DNA from: a virus
Taxonomy: Duplodnaviria > Caudoviricetes
Length of the DNA stretch: 64,000 bases
Reading direction: 5' to 3' (one strand)
Virus record (IMG/VR): IMGVR_UViG_3300028591_000104
Coordinates: 64,001-128,000 of that record
How positions within the stretch are numbered: the stretch's first letter is position 1; every line of letters starts with the position of its first letter. Position numbers and translations under genes: made by a program. The notes beneath the pieces are model-generated. The model was not told the origin of the DNA. It made no database searches and saw nothing but the letters and a program-made list of their open reading frames with translations. This document shows, in pieces, positions 19,804 through 30,800 of this stretch.

Positions 19804-20796
19804 ATGGCAATAAATTTGCTTGCACTGGAACCCCATAAGGTTAGTAGAGATTTAAGTGGATACATTTCATATATCTATGGAACTCCGAAGGTTGGGAAGA
19901 CGACACTCGTCTCCCAATTCCCCGGTGTTTTGCTTCTCGCTACCGAAAAAGGATATAATGCTTTACCTGGTATCTTGGTACAAGACATTACTCGTTGGGG
20001 CGATATTAAAGAAGTAGTTAGAGAATTAAAGAAGCCAGAAGTTAAGGAAAAGTTCAAAACCATTGCTATTGATACTATCGACGTAGCAGCTAGCTATTGT
20101 GATAAGTATATTTGTAATCAGCTTGGTATTGAAACATTAGGCGAAGGCGGATGGACAGTTAATGGCTGGTCAAAATACAAGAAGGAATTGGAGGATACAT
20201 TCCGTACTATCACTAATTTGGGATATGCTCTTGTATTTATCAGTCATGATAAAGATAAGGAATTTACTCGTAAGGATGGTACAAAGTACAATCAGACAAT
20301 ACCAACAGTACAGAGTTCAGCGAATGAAATCATCAAGGCTATGGCAGACCTTTATATGTATGCTGTAATTGATGAAACAACTAAGGAGCGTAAGTTAATT
20401 CTTCGTTCTCTTGATGGTACAGTAGATGCTGGTTGTAGATTTAAGTATATTGCTCCTGAAATTCCTCTTTCATATGATGCCCTTATCAAAGCAATGGGCG
20501 AAGCTATTGACAAGGAAGCTAGCGAAAGCGAAGGTAAGTTTGTAACAGATGAAAGAGAAAAGGCACCAACAACTGCTATTGAGTATGATTATGATGCTTT
20601 GATGAAGGAATTTGCAGAAATCACTGGTAAGTTAATGGGTAAAGATTCTACATATTATGGTCCTCGTATTACTCAAGTCGTTGAGAAGATACTTGGTAAA
20701 GGTAAGAAAGTATCAGAAACCAAGAGAGACCAAGCAGAATTCATTTATTTAATTGTCGGAGATTTAAAAGACGAGTTTGGTAAAGAGTTGAAGTAA
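19804..20796 (+). CDS. AAA_24 / Sak4-like ATPase (recombinase)
   Basis: YGTPKVGKTT, TEKG, IAIDT, FISH. Confidence 0.8.
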   Translation: MAINLLALEPHKVSRDLSGYISYIYGTPKVGKTTLVSQFPGVLLLATEKGYNALPGILVQDITRWGDIKEVVRELKKPEVKEKFKTIAIDTIDVAASYCDKYICNQLGIETLGEGGWTVNGWSKYKKELEDTFRTITNLGYALVFISHDKDKEFTRKDGTKYNQTIPTVQSSANEIIKAMADLYMYAVIDETTKERKLILRSLDGTVDAGCRFKYIAPEIPLSYDALIKAMGEAIDKEASESEGKFVTDEREKAPTTAIEYDYDALMKEFAEITGKLMGKDSTYYGPRITQVVEKILGKGKKVSETKRDQAEFIYLIVGDLKDEFGKELK

Positions 20797-20808
20797 TAGA
20801 AATAAATA

Positions 20809-20845
20809 GGGGGTAAGGTTAATACTTACCCCCCATTTGTTTTTT
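20809..20845 (+). terminator. intrinsic terminator
   Basis: GGGGGTAAG...CTTACCCCC + T-rich tail. Confidence 0.8.
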
Positions 20846-20865
20846 ATAAAAATTTATGTTATAAT
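20837..20865 (+). promoter_or_regulatory. sigmaA-type promoter for helicase-primase-RecJ operon
   Basis: TTGTTT-17-TATAAT with TG. Confidence 0.7.
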
Positions 20866-20900
20866 ATATATGTAAAATATGAAAAGAAAGGAGTAGGTTA

Positions 20901-21425
20901 ATGGCGAAAGCAATAGTAAAATGCTTGTATTGTGGTCAAAGCTTTGACCGTAATGATCCAAATATACCATTTGTTAAAGTAAATAGTAATAGGTATGCCC
21001 ATAAAGCTTGTGCGGATCAGAAGGACCAACTCCAAACAAAAGAACAAAAAGATAAAGATGCCTTTTATCAATATTGTTCAAAGATATTTGGTAAACAATT
21101 TGATTTTGTAAGAACTAAAAGAATGGCTGAGAATTATGTTAAAAAGTATAACTATACTTATACGGGTATGCTAAAGTCTTTAATATATTTCTTTGAAATT
21201 AAAAAGAACCCAATAGAGAAGGCAAATGGCGGCATAGGTATAATCCCGTACATCTACCAAGAAGCGCATGATTATTATTTTGACATTTGGCAAGCGCAAC
21301 AGTTAAATGTAAATAAAAAAATTGAAAATTATATACCGGAGGTTATAGAAATTAAAATACCTCCGCCAGAACCAAAACCTAAACGTAGAAGGTTATTTTC
21401 ATTTTTAGATAGAGAGGAAAGTTAA
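20901..21425 (+). CDS. zinc-finger protein upstream of helicase (possible loader)
   Basis: CLYC...HKAC, GGIGIIPYIY; TAATG coupling to dnaB. Confidence 0.6.
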   Translation: MAKAIVKCLYCGQSFDRNDPNIPFVKVNSNRYAHKACADQKDQLQTKEQKDKDAFYQYCSKIFGKQFDFVRTKRMAENYVKKYNYTYTGMLKSLIYFFEIKKNPIEKANGGIGIIPYIYQEAHDYYFDIWQAQQLNVNKKIENYIPEVIEIKIPPPEPKPKRRRLFSFLDREES

Positions 21426-22963
21426 TGGCATCCAAATATTACGACACAACGGCTGTAGTTCAAGTTATAGGAAGTGTTTATAATAACCCTTCTTTATTAA
21501 GTTTTACAGATAAATATAGTATAAATGATGAAGATTTTTCTAATTCATTTCATAAGTTAGTATTTGGAAGTATCTATAAACTTTATGAGTTGGGAGCTAA
21601 AAAGATAACTATAGAGAATATCTTAGACTTTTTGGCAGATAGACCTAAACTTGAAGCAGAATTTAAACAAAATAAAGGTGACGAATGGCTTATTAGAGCC
21701 TCTGAATCAGCCATTCCAGACTCTTTTGATTATTATTATAATAGAATGAAGAAGTTCTCCTTGTTGAGAGCTTATGATTATGTGGGGCTTGATGTAAGGT
21801 TCATTTATGACCCTGATAACATTTTAGATGGAAAGAAAAAGCAACTTCAAGAAGATTGGCTTGATAATAGTACATTAGACATGATAGCCAATAAGATAGA
21901 TGAAAAAATTGAAGGCATTAAAATTAAATATGTTGATGATGTTTATGATGATGCCATGTTGGTAGGAGAAGGAATTGAAGACTTAATTGAAAGTCTAAAG
22001 AAAAGACCAGAAGTCGGTATTCCTTTGTATGGACCTTTAATTAACACAGTAACAAAGGGCGCAAGGTTGGGAAAGTTTTATCTTCGTTCCGCGCCGACGG
22101 GTATAGGAAAGTCAAGAACCATGGCCGCCGACGCTTGTTACATTGGCACTGATGAATTATATGAACCATCTTTTGGTGGTTGGATAAAGACAAACGCGGC
22201 AAGGCCGGTTCTATACATATCCACCGAGTTGGACTTAAGTGAAGTACAAACTATGATGTTGTCGTTTCTCAGTGCGGTAAACGAAGATCATATCCTCACC
22301 GGTAGATACGTTGGTGATGAGGAGGAACGTGTACTCCATGCCGCCCAGTTAATTAAGAACAGTAAGATATATGTAGAATATAAACCAGATTTCTCATTAA
22401 AGGATATAGAGGATATTATTAAGAAGAATATAAGAGAACATGATATACATTATATCTTTTATGATTATATCCATACTTCAATGAAGATTTTGGAAGAAAT
22501 TAGTAGAAGAAGTGGTGGAGTAAAATTAAGGGAAGATAATGCACTATTCATGTTATCCGTAACTTTAAAAGATATTTGCACAAAGAATGATGTATTTATT
22601 ATGTCATCAACACAGCTTAATGGAGATTGGAAAGAAAGTGAAACACCTGACCAGAACTTATTAAGAGGTGCGAAGAGTATCGCGGATAAGATAGACTGGG
22701 GAGCTATTATGCTTCCTGTCACGCAGACAGATAAAGAAAAGCTTCAAAGAATACTTCAAACAACAGCATTTGATGTTCCTAATATTAAAATCTCAATTTA
22801 TAAAAATAGACGAGGTAAATATAAGGGAGTATATCTTTGGTGTAAAGCAGATTTAGGTATTTGCAGAGTAGAACCAATGTTTGTAACTGATTTTAGTTTT
22901 GAACTACAACAAGTACCAGAAATAAAGATTATAATGGAAGAAGATTTAGGCGGGGCCTGGTAA
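21425..22963 (+). CDS. dnaB: replicative DnaB-like helicase
   Basis: SAPTGIGKSR Walker A, ISTEL, FYDYIH, STQLN, LRGAKSIADKID, KNRRG. Confidence 0.9.
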   Translation: MASKYYDTTAVVQVIGSVYNNPSLLSFTDKYSINDEDFSNSFHKLVFGSIYKLYELGAKKITIENILDFLADRPKLEAEFKQNKGDEWLIRASESAIPDSFDYYYNRMKKFSLLRAYDYVGLDVRFIYDPDNILDGKKKQLQEDWLDNSTLDMIANKIDEKIEGIKIKYVDDVYDDAMLVGEGIEDLIESLKKRPEVGIPLYGPLINTVTKGARLGKFYLRSAPTGIGKSRTMAADACYIGTDELYEPSFGGWIKTNAARPVLYISTELDLSEVQTMMLSFLSAVNEDHILTGRYVGDEEERVLHAAQLIKNSKIYVEYKPDFSLKDIEDIIKKNIREHDIHYIFYDYIHTSMKILEEISRRSGGVKLREDNALFMLSVTLKDICTKNDVFIMSSTQLNGDWKESETPDQNLLRGAKSIADKIDWGAIMLPVTQTDKEKLQRILQTTAFDVPNIKISIYKNRRGKYKGVYLWCKADLGICRVEPMFVTDFSFELQQVPEIKIIMEEDLGGAW

Positions 22964-24096
22964 TGGGATATGATAAAAAGGTAGTTAAAGATTTAATAAG
23001 CACCGATCAAATATTCGAACTATTGGAAGAATATGGCGGTGAACCTGAATATGCTTTTGAGGGTAATATTATATCTCGTACCATTTGTCATAACCACCCC
23101 AATGATGATGCTTCGCGTAAGTTGTATTATTATACAAATAGCAGATTATTTCATTGTTATACTGGTTGCGCCGAGCCTTCATTTGATGTTTTTCAGTTAA
23201 TCATAAAAATAGCAGATATACAATTTCATCAAGAGTGGGATTTAGACCAAGCTGTAAGATTTTTGGTTTATAGACTTGGCATCGATGTTCCAAGAGAAGA
23301 AAATGAAGAAGATCCAGTTCTACTAAAGCAAGATTTTGATTACTTTGATAAAATTAATAGAGTAAAAGAATTGGATATAAAAAATTATACAACTTTACTT
23401 AATCCTTATGATGAAAAAATATTAAATAGATTTAACTATAATGTAAAAATAACCCCGTGGATTAATGAAGGTATGAACCAAGAGACATTAGATAAATATA
23501 AGATAGGTTTTTATCCAGGCACTGATGTAATCACTATACCACATTATGATATTAATAATAATTTTGTAGGATTGCGCGGGCGCGCTTTGGTGCGCGAAGA
23601 TGCGGAGAAGTATGGTAAGTACAGACCCGTTCGCATTGGAAAAACTTTATATAACCATCCTCTTGGATTTAATCTATACGGACTTGAAAAAAATAAAGAA
23701 AGAATAAAACTTATGCAAAAGGCCGTGGTCTTTGAGGGGGAAAAGAGCGTCTTGTTATTTGACTCTTATTTTGGTTCAGAAAATAATATCTCGGTGGCAT
23801 GTTGCGGAAGTAGCTTTACAATTTATCAGTTTTATCTATTAAAAAATCTTGGAGTTAAAGAGATAATTATTGCATTTGATAAACAGTATCAACAATTCGG
23901 AGATGCTGAACATTTGCATTTAGTAAAAAATTTTTATAAAATATTAAATAGACACATAAATGATGTAATGGTGAGCTTTATATTTGATGGTGAACAAAAC
24001 CTAGGATACAAGGATTCTCCAATTGACAGAGGAGCAGATACATTTATGAAATTATTTCAGGAAAGAAGAGTGTTTGAAGGAGGAGTGTTTAAATGA
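22963..24096 (+). CDS. dnaG: DNA primase
   Basis: TICHN..FHCYTGC zinc domain, VGLRGR, LYGL, FEGEKS, IAFD TOPRIM, KDSP.D. Confidence 0.85.
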   Translation: MGYDKKVVKDLISTDQIFELLEEYGGEPEYAFEGNIISRTICHNHPNDDASRKLYYYTNSRLFHCYTGCAEPSFDVFQLIIKIADIQFHQEWDLDQAVRFLVYRLGIDVPREENEEDPVLLKQDFDYFDKINRVKELDIKNYTTLLNPYDEKILNRFNYNVKITPWINEGMNQETLDKYKIGFYPGTDVITIPHYDINNNFVGLRGRALVREDAEKYGKYRPVRIGKTLYNHPLGFNLYGLEKNKERIKLMQKAVVFEGEKSVLLFDSYFGSENNISVACCGSSFTIYQFYLLKNLGVKEIIIAFDKQYQQFGDAEHLHLVKNFYKILNRHINDVMVSFIFDGEQNLGYKDSPIDRGADTFMKLFQERRVFEGGVFK

Positions 24097-25814
24097 ATTA
24101 GGAATTGCGGCAGCCGGTTGATAGAAACCTTTCACCGCTGCAAAATATATTTAAAAATAGAGGAATGCTTTAGGGAAAAGATGATATATTAACTTATGTT
24201 TAGCCTCCCGCTTCAGTTCAATATGATTTAACTCTCATAGAGAACTTGCGAGAGGGTGCTTCTATGTTAATGAAACATATTAAAAATAATGATAAGGTTC
24301 TTTTGGTAGTCGATGAAGACTGTGATGGATATACTTCTTCAGCTTACTTCTTGAATTACTTTAATAAACTATTTCCAGCTTTCGTACAAAATAACATAAA
24401 ATATGTTGTTCACCCAAATAAGGCGCATGGTATACCGACTAATCTAATAACAGATGAAAAATTAATTATAGTGCCCGATGCGAGTAGTAATGAATATGAT
24501 ATTCATAAAGAATTAAAGGAAAAAGGAATAGATGTATTGGTCATTGACCACCACGAAGCACCAGAGTTCTCTCAGTACGCATGTGTTATTAATAATCAAC
24601 TTGGTAACTACCCAAATAAGTCATTATCTGGTGTGGGAATGGTATATAAGTTCTGTAGTTTCTTTGATAAGCTAATGAACACTAATTATGCTAACACAAT
24701 GTTAGATATTGTTGCTCTTGGACTTGTTGGAGATATGATGGACTTACGAAATCTTGAAACAAGGTATCTCGTAAGAGAAGGTTTTACCACTATTACTAAC
24801 CCTTTTCTTAAGGCTATGGTAATAAAACAGGAGTATTCTGTTAAAGGTCATTTAAATCCCCATAAAGCAGCATTTTATATAGTTCCTGGTATTAACTCCG
24901 TTACGAGAATAGGAACGGTAGAAGAAAAATTAGTTTTATTTGAGTCAATGGTAGAATATAAAGCCTTTGAAATGATACCTTCAAATGGTAGAGGTAAAAA
25001 GGGAACTTTAGAGCCGAGAGTTGAACAGGCTGTCCGCAACTGTGTAAATATTCGCAATAGGCAAAACCGCATTAAAGACGATTTGGTAGAGAGTATAGAC
25101 GAATTAATTAACAGAAAGAATTTGCTAGAACACAAACTTCTTGTTATTAAAGTTGAAAATCCTATAAATACAGGTATTACTGGTCTTGTAGCTAACCAGA
25201 TAGCTAATAAGTATCAACGTCCAACTTTAATATTAAACTGGCGCAAAGAGCAACGCACCTGGGAAGGGTCCGGCCGCAACTACTCAAACTCCCCGCTTAA
25301 AGACTTTAGAAGTTTCCTTGAATCTACTGGACTTATTTTGTATGCACAAGGACATGCCTCAGCTTTTGGTTTTGGTATAAGCGATGAAAATTTTGAAACT
25401 TTTATCGGAAAAACCGATAAAAGTTTATCAGATGTAGAGTTTAACTATAAATATGATATAGACCTTGAATATGAAAATAATGATCTACTTAATGGAGATA
25501 TTATAGATATAGCTGAATGCGAAGACCTGTGGGGACAAAATATTGAAGAGCCACTTATCTTAATTAAAAATGTTACTGTTAATAAAGATAATATCTTTTT
25601 ATACAAGGAAAAAGTATTAAAGATAGAGAATCAAAACGGTATTAGTTTTGTGAATTTATCTTCTAACCAAGAAGAGTTTGATGCCCTTTATCCTAATGAT
25701 GGATATGTAAATTTAAATATAATAGGCACTTGTTCTATTAATGATTTTAATCAAATGGGGCAAATAAAAATTAAAGATTATGAAGTAGTTAGAAAGGGGG
25801 AATATTAGTTTTGA
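24093..25814 (+). CDS. recJ: RecJ-like DHH exonuclease, 573 aa, in-frame TAG at 24099, 24171, 24201, 25806
   Basis: ATGA overlap with primase stop and AGGAGGAG RBS; DEDCDG, HG, DHH, LSGVG, GSGR, GHASAFG; ends EY*F-TGA. Confidence 0.87.
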
Positions 25815-26572
25815 AAAAGTTTACTTTATTAATTTGTCAAGGAATAGTATTGTTATTTTCTCTTGTAGTTGGCTGTAATATTAAGGAAGAAGAAATAATA
25901 GAAACTGTTCCTACTACTACTGCTACAGAACAAAGTATTCCACCCCCTCCTATAACCCCTAAACCTTTACCAACCCCCGAGTAGAGAAGACCTTATGAAT
26001 ATGATGCCTCTTTATCATTAAAAGAAAAAGAAAAGATGGTAGAAGAGTGTAATTCTTATGTCAGTTATTTAAATTATTTTATTTGGGACGTAGATAAAGA
26101 TGATGTAATTTTAGACACTGAAGAAGTAATAGAATTGTATCTTGAGGATATAGGAATTTGGAAAGAAAAAGTAAAAGAATATCCAGTAGCAGCTACAGTA
26201 TGGCGCTGGGCAATCGAAGAAAAAGGATACTCAGAATATGTAGCTGCTGGGATTATAGGTAATATGATGGTTGAAGTGGGTGGTCATACAATGGTTTTAA
26301 AACATATGACAAGAGTAGAAAAATATTTTGGATTATGTATGTGGTATTTACCCTATAGCCCAGAAGTTGATGGAAAAAGTCTAAGAGACCAACTTAATTT
26401 TTTAGGAAAAACTATGGAAAAAAATATGGGTTCTGCTCATTATAAAGAACTTTTAAATAGTAAAAATGAAAAAGAAGCATCTATTATTTTTGCGATGTAT
26501 TATGAAAGATGTATAAGGCCGTATGGAAGACAATCTGAAGCGTCTCGTGCATACAGATATTTTACCAGTTGA
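25811..26572 (+). CDS. lipoprotein-like protein with Pro-rich linker and tail-lysozyme-like domain, 253 aa, TAG at 25982
   Basis: TTG start overlapping recJ TGA with AAAGGGGG RBS; MKK + hydrophobic core + LVVGC lipobox-like; AAGIIGNMMVE, GLCMW, QLNFL, YYER. Confidence 0.7.
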
Positions 26573-26648
26573 GCCGAGCGCAAACACACAGGTTAACCGC
26601 CTTCCAAATAAAAATGGCCCTGGGAATTTTTTAAGATGGAGTTAAAGA

Positions 26649-27833
26649 ATGGAACTAAATATAGAACAAAAAGAAGCATTAAAATTAGCGATTGAGCGTT
26701 ATAAGGCAGGATTTCCTTATACTTATATTGCAGGACCAGCTGGATCAGGAAAGAGTTTCTTGGTTCAGCATATTGTTGCTGCCCTTGGACTCGACCCGAG
26801 TCTTGACGTATGTTATGCTACGTACACAGGTAAGGCCGCTCTTAATCTTCAAAGGAAAAATTGTCCTAACGCTCATACACTTCATAAATTATTATATAAT
26901 GCGAGACAAAATAAGAACACAGGAATATATTATTTTACACCAAAGCCAATAGGTGAATTAGAATATAAATTAATTGTTATAGATGAGATATCGATGGTAA
27001 CTCAAGAGATGTGGGACTTGTTATTAGAGCATGGTATACATGTAATAGCTTTAGGAGATATTGCTCAGTTACCAGCTATTGGAGCTACCAATGATATTTT
27101 GGATAAGCCTCATGCCGTTTTAAATGAGATTATGCGCCAAGAGGCAGATAGTGAAATTATACAAATAGCTACACTTGCGAGAACACATCAAGAAATTCCT
27201 TTTATGAAAGGAAAACAAGTTCAAGTTATTCATAGTTATGAATTTCAAGATGCGATGTTGGAATGGGCAGATATGACATTATGTGCAACCAATAGGCTAA
27301 GACACCAGTTAAATAGAACAGCGCGCGAGCGCAAATGGGGCGACGCAAAGGCTTTGCCGCAGAAGGGCGATAGAATCGTTTGCCTTCATAACGAATGGGG
27401 CGAGGTAACGAAGAGTGGCGACGTATTAGTCAACGGTTTAGTCGGATACATAAACGACCCGCCGCGAATCAATCCTATGCCTTCTCTTTATAGAAAATAT
27501 TGCGACAAACAGGTAATATTAAATTTTATTCCAGACTTTAGAGAGCCGGGAGATACCGATGCTGTTTTTAAAAACATGAAAGCAGATTGGAAAATCTTTA
27601 CAGATGGAGAGCCTACTGTAAATTCAAAAAACTTTAAGTTTATTCCTAAGGTATTGCGTCCTTATCAATTTGATTATGCTTATGCGATGTCTGTGTGGAA
27701 GGCACAAGGCAGTGAGTATGGGAAGGTATTACTCTTTGAAGAATCGTTTCCTTCAGGCGATGCTCATTGGCAGTATTTATACACTGGTATCACGCGTGCG
27801 GTAGACAAGCTGGTGTTAGTTAGAAAAAATTGA
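26649..27833 (+). CDS. RecD/Dda-like SF1B helicase
   Basis: GPAGSGKS, TGKAA, DEISMV, GD..QLP, RQ, KAQGSEY, YTGITRA. Confidence 0.88.
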   Translation: MELNIEQKEALKLAIERYKAGFPYTYIAGPAGSGKSFLVQHIVAALGLDPSLDVCYATYTGKAALNLQRKNCPNAHTLHKLLYNARQNKNTGIYYFTPKPIGELEYKLIVIDEISMVTQEMWDLLLEHGIHVIALGDIAQLPAIGATNDILDKPHAVLNEIMRQEADSEIIQIATLARTHQEIPFMKGKQVQVIHSYEFQDAMLEWADMTLCATNRLRHQLNRTARERKWGDAKALPQKGDRIVCLHNEWGEVTKSGDVLVNGLVGYINDPPRINPMPSLYRKYCDKQVILNFIPDFREPGDTDAVFKNMKADWKIFTDGEPTVNSKNFKFIPKVLRPYQFDYAYAMSVWKAQGSEYGKVLLFEESFPSGDAHWQYLYTGITRAVDKLVLVRKN

Positions 27834-27858
27834 CAATATATAAAAAATATGTTATAAT
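27830..27858 (+). promoter_or_regulatory. sigmaA-type promoter for dnaE; -35 box contains the upstream TGA stop
   Basis: Perfect TTGACA-17-TATAAT with TG. Confidence 0.85.
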
Positions 27859-27895
27859 AAAGTATAAAAAGTAAAAAAGGAGGTTTTGTGAAGCG

Positions 27896-30800
27896 ATGAA
27901 GTTTCCAGGTAGCGTGCATAACCATACCGATTTTAGTAACTTTAGATTACGTGATTCTATTAATCGCGTGAATACTTTAATAGATTATGCCATTGAATTA
28001 GGGCATGATGGTATAGCATTCACAGAACACGAGACTATTGCTAACGCAATAAGAATTGAAGAGTATAGAGATAAGATTAAAGAAAAGCATCCAAACTTTA
28101 AGATAATTCGTGGAAATGAGATTTATTTGGTTAGAAATGACCTTACACCAGAGAATTATGATAGAACTAAAGATAGATACTATCATTTTATTTTATTGGC
28201 TAAAGATGCAGAAGGTCATAAGCAAATAAGAGAATTATCTACAAGAGCTTGGATGCGTTCGTATACTCAAAATAATATGGTTCGTGTACCGACACATTAT
28301 CAAGATTTAATTGATATTATTAAAGCTAACCCAGGTCATGTAATTGGTTCCACCGCTTGTATTGGTGGAGCTTTGCCAACTCAACTTTTGAGATGGAGAT
28401 TATTAGGTGATAATAGAATATATGACGCATGTGTTAAGTGGTGTCAGAATATGGTCGGAATTTTTGGAGAAAGTAATTTCTTTTTAGAATTGCAGCCTTC
28501 ATTTAATAAAGACCAGATTTTTGTAAATAAGGAATTAATTAAACTTTCAAATAAGTTAAACATTCCTTATATTATAACTAATGATGCTCATTATTTGAAA
28601 AAAGAGGATGCCCCTATTCATGCGGCATTTCTTAGAGCACAGGATGGAGAAAGAGAGGTTGAGGAGTTTTACTCATCCACTTATCTTATGTCTGATGATG
28701 AAGTAAGAAATTATTTAAAAGATTATATAACTGAAGAAGAGCTTCAGACCGCATATCAGAATATAAAAAAGATAATAGATATGTGTGAAGATTATAGTAT
28801 TAAAAAGGAATTAACTATTCCTCGTTTGACCTGGAAAGAACCAACAGAAGAAGTAACAGCAGAAGAAAAGCAATTTTGGTCAAAAAAGATTCCTTATATT
28901 GAAAAGTTCTTAAAGAGCGAATATAAGGAAGATGTTTTATTGGCTGAAAATATTATAGATAGAATTAGAAATGATAATGAATTAAAAAATGATAGGACTT
29001 GTGAAGAAATTAATGCGTGTCTTGAAGATACCTGGGTATCTAGTGAAAAGAATAATGCAAGATGGAGTGCATATTTTTTAAATCTTCAGAAGATAGTAGA
29101 TACATGTTGGGATGCTGGTTCACTTGTAGGGTGCGGCCGTGGCTCAGGCGTAGGATTTATCCTCTTGTATTTATTAGGAATAACACAGATTAACCCATTA
29201 AAAGAAAAGACCGCAACTTATAGATGGAGATTTTTGAACCCAGACCGTGTATCAGTACTTGATGTTGATGTAGATATTGAATCGACAAAACGTGAACAGG
29301 TTCTTACAAAGCTCAGAGAAGTGTATGGAGAAGATAGAGTTGCGAATGTTTTAACTTTGGGCACAGAACAGAGCAAGTCCGCCATTCAAACGGCCGCCCG
29401 TGGTTTAGGAATTGATGTAGATATTGCAAGATATTTATCTTCAATGATTGAGGCAGATCGTGGTAAGACAAGGACCTTAGCGCAAACTTTTTATGGTGAT
29501 GAAGAAAATGATATAAAGCCTAATAAGCAGTTTGTTTATGAAATGACAAACAATTATCCTGAATTATGGAAAGTAGCCCAAAAGATAGAAGGATTAATTT
29601 GCCGTACAGGTATTCATGCGGGTGGTGTAATATTTGTTGATGAACCATTCACAAACTCAACGGCTTTAATGCGCGCTCCGAGTGGTGAAATTATAACTCA
29701 ATTTGAGTTGCATGATAGTGAAAAAGCAAGTTTGATTAAGTATGACTTGTTGAGCGTAGAAGCTTTGGATAAGATACATATTTGTTTAGATTTGTTACAA
29801 GAACATGACTATATTGATGATAAGGGTAGCTTGAAAGCAACTTATGAAGATACTATTGGAATATATAAGTTAGAGCGTACCGCAGAAGATATGTGGAAGA
29901 TGTGCTGGGAACATAAAGTATTAAGTTTGTTCCAGATGGAGAAACAAAGTGGTATTAAGGGTATAGCTTTGTTAAAGCCTAACTCAGTAGATGAATTGGC
30001 GATTTTGAACTCAACGATTCGACTTATGGCGACTGAAAAGGGTGGCGAAATGCCAACAGAGAAGTTAACTAGGTTTAAGAATAATCCTAAATTGTGGGAT
30101 GCGGAATTGCGGCAGTACGGTCTAGGGCCGGCGGAAAAAGCAGTGATTGAACCAGTGGTTGGAATCTCATATGGCTTATGTATTGCGCAAGAGCAGTTTA
30201 TGCAGTTAGTACAATTGCCGGAGCTTGGTGGTTTCTCATTGACCTTTGCAGATAAACTTCGTAAATCTATTGCAAAGAAGAACCCGGCAGATTATGAAAA
30301 GATAACTAAAGAGTTTTTTAAAGAAACTAAGGAAAAAGGCTGTAACATGCAGCTTTGCCATTATGTGTGGGACGTGCTTATAGCGATGTCTCGTGGGTAT
30401 GGATTTAACCAGTCTCACACTTTGGCTTATTCATTAATTGGATTGCAAGAATTAAATTTGGCTTATAAGTTTCCTACGATATTTTGGGATACAGCTTGTT
30501 TGATTGCAAATAGCGGTGGTGAAGGAGCTTCCACAGACTATACGAAGCTTGCACAGGCAATAGGCACTGTCCGCAGAGAAGGTATTAAAGTAGGTCTTCC
30601 TAATATTAATATTTCACAGCTGGGTTTTGAACCTGATGTTGCAAGTGACCAGATTTTGTTTGGACTTAAAGCGATGTTGGGTATTGGTGATGAAGTTGTA
30701 GAGTCAATTATAGCAAACAGACCTTATACATCAATAAAAGATTTTATTAATAAAGTAAAACCGAAGAGAAGTGTAATGATTTCTTTAATAAAAGGTGGAG

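Noticed and set aside
26573-26648. Possible suppressor tRNA in intergenic gaps (also 16320-16424 and 47148-47208)
   Set aside because: No cloverleaf, T-loop GTTCRA or CTA anticodon arm recognisable; any such tRNA must lie outside the window.
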